Shown one piece after another: positions 5,545 to 9,480 of a stretch of 9,480 nt of DNA. Every line of letters starts with the position of its first letter. The stretch's first letter is position 1. The stretch covers positions 1 to 9,480 of the IMG/VR virus record IMGVR_UViG_2671180778_000012; one strand, written 5' to 3'. The notes beneath the pieces are model-generated. The model made no database searches. It had not been told where the DNA came from and worked only from the letters and a program-made list of their open reading frames with translations. This stretch comes from a virus. Lineage: Duplodnaviria; Heunggongvirae; Uroviricota; Caudoviricetes. The translations under genes and the position numbers were made by a program.

Positions 5545-7454
5545 ATCGCTGGTACACCATTAAGGCGGCGGATGTTCGCGGAGCGGCGGATATATCTATC
5601 TATGAGGAGATTGGCGGCTTCGGTGTTACTGCAAAGCAGTTCGCGGAAGACCTGAAAGCCCTTGGCGATGTTTCACATATCAATCTGAGGATCCATTCAC
5701 CAGGTGGTGATGTGTTTGAAGGCATCGCCATCTATAACCTGCTACGGAATCATCCGGCAGACATTACGGTTTATATCGATGGTGTTGCGGCTTCAATGGC
5801 TTCGGTGGTCGCAATGGCTGGCGATCGTGTTGTGATGCCGGAAAACGCCATGATGATGATACATAAGCCGTGGGGTATCTCTGGCGGAAATGCTGGTGAT
5901 ATGCGTGATTATGCTGATTTGCTGGATAAGGTGGAAACCGTGTTAGTCCCTGCTTATGCCAGAAAAACGGGCAAATCAGCACAGGAAATTACCGCCATGC
6001 TGGAAGATGAAACCTGGATGGACGGGAAAGAATGCCTTAAGCACGGTTTTGCTGATGAATTGTTGCCATCCGTCAGAGCAATGGCGCGAATTGAATCGAA
6101 GCGCACAGGAGATTTTTTACATATGCCGGAAACCATTAAAGGAATGATTACACCGCCACAGGGAGCGGCAAATATTGCTGGTAATGAACAGAAACGCATC
6201 AATGGAATAAGTGAAGTGTTTAGCCTGTTCGGCAGTCGTTACGACGGGATCAAAATGGCGTGTCTGGAAGATGCATCATGTACACCGGAAATGGCCCGTG
6301 AAAAGCTGTTGAACGAGCTGGGGCGCGAGTCCACGCCATCCAATAAAAATACCCCGCCTCATATCTATGCCGGAAACGGAAACATAACAGGTGATGCAAT
6401 TCGTCAGGGGCTTTATTCCCGTCTTGGGTATGAACGGCCTGAACGAGGCAACCCTTACGCGATGATGAGTCTTTTTGAAATGGCCCAGGCATCACTGGTT
6501 GATCGTGGTATCACTGTGAGCGGTTTTATTAATCGCTCGCAGGTTGTTAATGCGGCTTTTACACACAGCAGCAGTGATTTTTCTCATATTCTGGCTGGTG
6601 GGGCTGAAAAATCTGTACTGAAAGGCTGGCAGGACAGCGGCGAAACGTTCCAGAAATGGACGCGTACCGGTTCGCTTTCAAACTTTCATGAAGCAAAGCG
6701 CGTTGGTCTGAATGGTTTTTCAAAGCTGGATAAAGTACCGGAAGGTGCGGAATATAAATACATCACCACCAGCGATAAAGGTGTACCTATTGCGCTGGCC
6801 ACGTACGGGAATATATTTTCCGTTACCCGTCAGGCCATTATCAACGATGACCTGACCCAGTTAACTACAATCCCCATGGCGATGGGACGCGCAGCTGCCA
6901 GAACAGTTGGCAATCTGGTTTATCTCCTGTTAACCAGCAACGGCAAGTTTACGGATGGTAAAGCGTTATTCCATGCCGATCATAAAAATCTTATTGCGAA
7001 GGATATGGACATGGAGGGGCTTAACGAAGCCCGTAAGCTGATGCGCCTCCAGGAAGACGCTAACGGCGATTCGCTGAATATTACCCCTGCATTTGTCCTG
7101 GTCCCCGCCGCGCTGGAGTCTGCCGCACATCGCGCCATTCTGTCATCGTCATCACTCTTTCCGGTTGATGGCGTGGGCACTATCAATCAGAACCCCGGCA
7201 TCATTAACGTGGTGAAAGATATGGCGGAGGTAATCGTTGAGCCACGTCTTGATAAAGCCAATAACAAGGAGTGGTATGTGGCAGCGGCGAAGGGTATGGA
7301 CACGATAGAGGTCGCTTATCTTGATGGTATTGATACGCCATATCTTGAGGAGCAGGAGGGCTTTACTGTTGATGGCGTCGCCTGGAAGGTGCGCATAGAT
7401 GCAGGTGTCGCGGCCCTCGACTATCGCGGATTACTGAAATCGAGTGGAGCATGA
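5541..7454 (+). CDS. ClpP-like (S14) prohead maturation protease fused to HK97-fold major capsid protein (637 aa)
   Basis: N-terminal ~190 aa has ClpP-type motifs (GVAASMASVVAMAG with active-site Ser context; MIHKPWG with His). C-terminal ~400 aa has the length and composition of an HK97/Mu gpT-like major head protein. GGGGGA 3 nt upstream of the ATG. Confidence 0.8.
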   Translation: MNRWYTIKAADVRGAADISIYEEIGGFGVTAKQFAEDLKALGDVSHINLRIHSPGGDVFEGIAIYNLLRNHPADITVYIDGVAASMASVVAMAGDRVVMPENAMMMIHKPWGISGGNAGDMRDYADLLDKVETVLVPAYARKTGKSAQEITAMLEDETWMDGKECLKHGFADELLPSVRAMARIESKRTGDFLHMPETIKGMITPPQGAANIAGNEQKRINGISEVFSLFGSRYDGIKMACLEDASCTPEMAREKLLNELGRESTPSNKNTPPHIYAGNGNITGDAIRQGLYSRLGYERPERGNPYAMMSLFEMAQASLVDRGITVSGFINRSQVVNAAFTHSSSDFSHILAGGAEKSVLKGWQDSGETFQKWTRTGSLSNFHEAKRVGLNGFSKLDKVPEGAEYKYITTSDKGVPIALATYGNIFSVTRQAIINDDLTQLTTIPMAMGRAAARTVGNLVYLLLTSNGKFTDGKALFHADHKNLIAKDMDMEGLNEARKLMRLQEDANGDSLNITPAFVLVPAALESAAHRAILSSSSLFPVDGVGTINQNPGIINVVKDMAEVIVEPRLDKANNKEWYVAAAKGMDTIEVAYLDGIDTPYLEEQEGFTVDGVAWKVRIDAGVAALDYRGLLKSSGA

Positions 7455-7461
7455 CAACAAG

Positions 7462-7484
7462 GGCGGCGATAGCCGCCTTTTTTT
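7462..7484 (+). terminator. Intrinsic terminator GGCGGC-GATA-GCCGCC followed by T7, 8 nt after the capsid stop
   Basis: Perfect 6-bp GC stem, 4-nt loop, seven T. Confidence 0.7.
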
Positions 7485-7486
7485 AC

Positions 7487-7558
7487 GGGTCCTCCCGGTG
7501 GGGTGGTCTGCCACGGGGCGGGAGCGGCGCGGAAAAAGGCTAGTTTTTGCATTTTCAT
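7487..7558 (+). repeat. Conserved 72-bp non-coding element, copy B
   Basis: 66 of 72 identity with 4951-5022. Lies 154 bp upstream of the Nu1-like gene. Confidence 0.8.
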
Positions 7559-7711
7559 TCGTCATCATCATCTTTCTATGATATTGAATTTTAAGTGTTT
7601 TTATTTTTGGTATGTTAATTTTGCTTGTTTTATGCTCAACATATAGCGCATTTTTTGACCTCTTCTGAAAGTTGTTCGCAAGATGCATGTTTAAAACATT
7701 CTGGAGCGGGT

Positions 7712-8197
7712 ATGGATCGAGAACTGAAAAATCTGATGCTGAACATTAATCAACTGGCGGCGATAGCGGGAATATGTCGTCAGACTGCGGCGGCAAGGCT
7801 GAAAAACATCCAGCCAGCCGGAGGGCATGACAAGCTAAAACTCTATCGGGTGACTGACATTCTGACCTGTTTTCTTGATCTTCCCGTTCCGGCATCACTG
7901 GAAGAAATGGAGCCACATGACCGTAAGGCCTGGTATCAGTCCGAACGTGAGCGCCTCAAGTTCGAACAGGAAACGGCGCAACTCATACCCGCCGATGATG
8001 TGCGAAAAGAGATGGCTATATGGGGGGAAATCGTAAGCGAGGAACTGGCAAAACTCCCCAATATTCTGGCACGTGATGCCGGGCTTAAACCGATGGCAGT
8101 AAACAGAGTGCAGTCAATTATTGACGATTTGCGTAATCAGATTATCAGCCGGATGGTAAAAAATGACGTAGTGAATGAGGTCGCAAAACAGGCATGA
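7712..8197 (+). CDS. Lambda Nu1-like small terminase subunit homologue (TerS / packaging-redirection type), 161 aa
   Basis: N-terminal HTH INQLAAIAGICRQTAAARLKN parallels lambda Nu1 KKQLADIFGASIRTIQNW, recalled from memory. ATG at 7712 with GGAG 5 nt upstream. The upstream TTG at 7625 is unlikely to be the start. Confidence 0.7.
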   Translation: MDRELKNLMLNINQLAAIAGICRQTAAARLKNIQPAGGHDKLKLYRVTDILTCFLDLPVPASLEEMEPHDRKAWYQSERERLKFEQETAQLIPADDVRKEMAIWGEIVSEELAKLPNILARDAGLKPMAVNRVQSIIDDLRNQIISRMVKNDVVNEVAKQA

Positions 8198-8481
8198 TAA
8201 TGACCGAATCTGAAATACTGCGATTAATCCGCTGTGCTGGTGGAATCAGCCAGTTGGCTGACGAACAGGCCGCGCAGCCGGATACAGTCACCGCTGAAAA
8301 TTACGCGCGTGTGGTGGCTGAGGTGATGCGCCGTGACGGTATTGAGCTTAACGGCGTGGATATGCGCAACATACGAACTAGAGTTCTTGAGTTGCTGGCA
8401 TACCGTCGCCGTTCTCAACAACGGAGGGAGAGCGCGAAAAATACTTACCAGTGGAAGAAGCCGGAACGGTTGCAGCGGTAG
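8194..8481 (+). CDS. Hypothetical protein (95 aa)
   Basis: ATG overlaps the TerS stop (ATGA at 8194-8197). No family recognised. Too short to be a large terminase. Confidence 0.45.
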   Translation: MIMTESEILRLIRCAGGISQLADEQAAQPDTVTAENYARVVAEVMRRDGIELNGVDMRNIRTRVLELLAYRRRSQQRRESAKNTYQWKKPERLQR

Positions 8482-8818
8482 ATTCCTGATATTCAGGAAA
8501 ACCACGAATCTGTGGGGTTTACTGGCGCGGTTACGGCGGTGACACGCACCGAGGCAGAACAATTACCGTAGGTTAAAGCGACAGTATTCACACCAAAGGC
8601 AGAAATTAGCGGTTAACGTAACTGACTGATATTTTCGGGAACAGCCAACGGCTGAGGCCGGAGCTATAAAAATAGCTTTGGGTACAGTCCTCAGTTTTGA
8701 GGGATGTTAACCAACTGAATAATAAGCAAACCTCAAAATTGAGTTTTGTATCTGCCTGAGTTATTTCTGTGCTAACTTGCTGATATTCCCGATAGCGCAA
8801 AAGTGCGTTGGCTGGTGG

Positions 8819-8990
8819 GTGAGTTGCAGATCTGCAACTCGACCATGAAATTACGGAAACTACCCGTAGTTTGGGTAGTAAGAGTAACACCCAGATTTTG
8901 GGGCTTACTCGCGATACCCAAATAAAGGGTATCGGTGTAAGAAATATCGTTTCTCATATGTGAGCACCGAGGGCGGAATTCCGCCTTCGG
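8819..8990. other. Cluster of palindromes/hairpins in non-coding DNA: 20-bp perfect palindrome 8821-8840, hairpins 8859-8879 and 8912-8934, near-palindrome 8967-8990
   Basis: All four read directly. 8821-8840 is GAGTTGCAGATCTGCAACTC. Hairpins are ACTACCC-N7-GGGTAGT and CGATACCC-N7-GGGTATCG. 8967-8990 is CCGAgGGCGGAATTCCGCCtTCGG. No long ORF with a coding signature covers this region. Confidence 0.6.
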
Positions 8991-9177
8991 TTACTTATTG
9001 TGCCCATGCACAGGGAGGGGCGGGTCAAATCTCTGTACCCTGACGTCTTCCGGACTGCCAGCCCCATCGTTTTTTTACGCCCGCGAAAAATAAAAATTGT
9101 TTGTATGTGAGTATTGTAGCCAGCAAAAGCTCTTTCTTTAGTGGCTTATTGTTTCTAATAGATTTTGGGAGGTAGAA

Positions 9178-9480
9178 ATGGGAGGCCCAGCGAAAGCTGG
9201 GCCGAGCTTGTTACGCTGTCATTACTTCAGCATGATAACTAAAGCTATACATACTAGCACTACGGCTATTGGGCATAGACCTAAATTGCCAAGTGCTGCG
9301 ATTAAACCTGTAACGGCAATCACACGTGCAGACAGCAGGTCTGAGCCCTTTCTTAAAGTATCCATTGATACCTCCGTCAGGGTTTTTGCCGGTCTCTTGG
9401 AGAGTTGGGGGCAAAAGTTCAGACCCGTAGCACTTTCTTGTTCGCAGGTGAACGGCTGCTACGACCCAACTGTTCTGTAG
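9178..9480 (+). CDS. Hypothetical protein (100 aa), uncertain
   Basis: GGGAGG 5 nt upstream of the ATG. ORF ends with TAG exactly at the window end. G-first codon fraction about 29%. Unusual amino-acid composition and a perfect hairpin right after the ATG leave coding status open. Confidence 0.4.
   Translation: MGGPAKAGPSLLRCHYFSMITKAIHTSTTAIGHRPKLPSAAIKPVTAITRADSRSEPFLKVSIDTSVRVFAGLLESWGQKFRPVALSCSQVNGCYDPTVL

Larger units (their letters stand above)
1..9480. mobile_element. Phage satellite / PICI-like integrative element, internal portion (ends not in window)
   Basis: Gene order on + strand: AlpA/Xis-like HTH, small ORFs, P4-type primase-helicase, iteron origin, protease-capsid fusion, Nu1-like small terminase. 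No integrase, portal or large terminase seen. Boundaries cannot be placed from this window. Confidence 0.55.

Noticed and set aside
8224-8562. 112-aa minus-strand ORF and the 94-aa and 61-aa minus ORFs at 8606-8957
   Set aside because: The first is antisense to the coupled 8194..8481 ORF. The others cross the palindrome cluster and have Leu/Ser/Cys-rich junk-like composition with no RBS.
8500-9177. tRNA, tmRNA or att-site fragment in the structured non-coding tail
   Set aside because: No cloverleaf could be built: no T-arm consensus (GGTTCGAATCC-like) and no acceptor stem on either strand. No similarity I could recognise to tmRNA, RNase P or 6S RNA.
9211-9414. 67-aa minus-strand ORF overlapping the terminal + ORF
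   Set aside because: No Shine-Dalgarno. The + strand alternative has a strong RBS and ends exactly at the window boundary.
1-9480. CRISPR array
   Set aside because: No regularly spaced identical repeats with unique spacers. The only tandem short repeats are the 9-bp iterons, which lack spacer-like regularity.

Overview
The window reads as the internal core of a phage-satellite / phage-inducible chromosomal island (PICI)-like integrative element from an enterobacterial-type genome (about 50% GC). All calls rest on reading the ORF translations and the DNA by eye; no BLAST, HMM or RNA-folding search was run. On the + strand, in order: an AT-rich cargo gene (1..717), an excisionase-family AlpA/Xis-like HTH gene (860..1069), three small ORFs, a P4-type primase/SF3-helicase gene (2736..4553), an iteron-rich putative origin (4567..4795), a small gene (5335..5544) coupled to a ClpP-like prohead protease fused to an HK97-fold major capsid protein (5541..7454), a lambda Nu1-like small terminase gene (7712..8197), a small ORF, and about 700 bp of non-coding DNA dense with palindromes. 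One clear minus-strand gene (1414..1719) sits divergent to a palindromic operator/promoter. No integrase, portal or large terminase is in the window. The most unusual signals are a 72-bp non-coding element present twice at about 92% identity, each copy directly after an intrinsic terminator and ahead of a morphogenesis/packaging gene; a G9 homopolymer exactly at a gene junction; and the hairpin cluster at 8819..8990.
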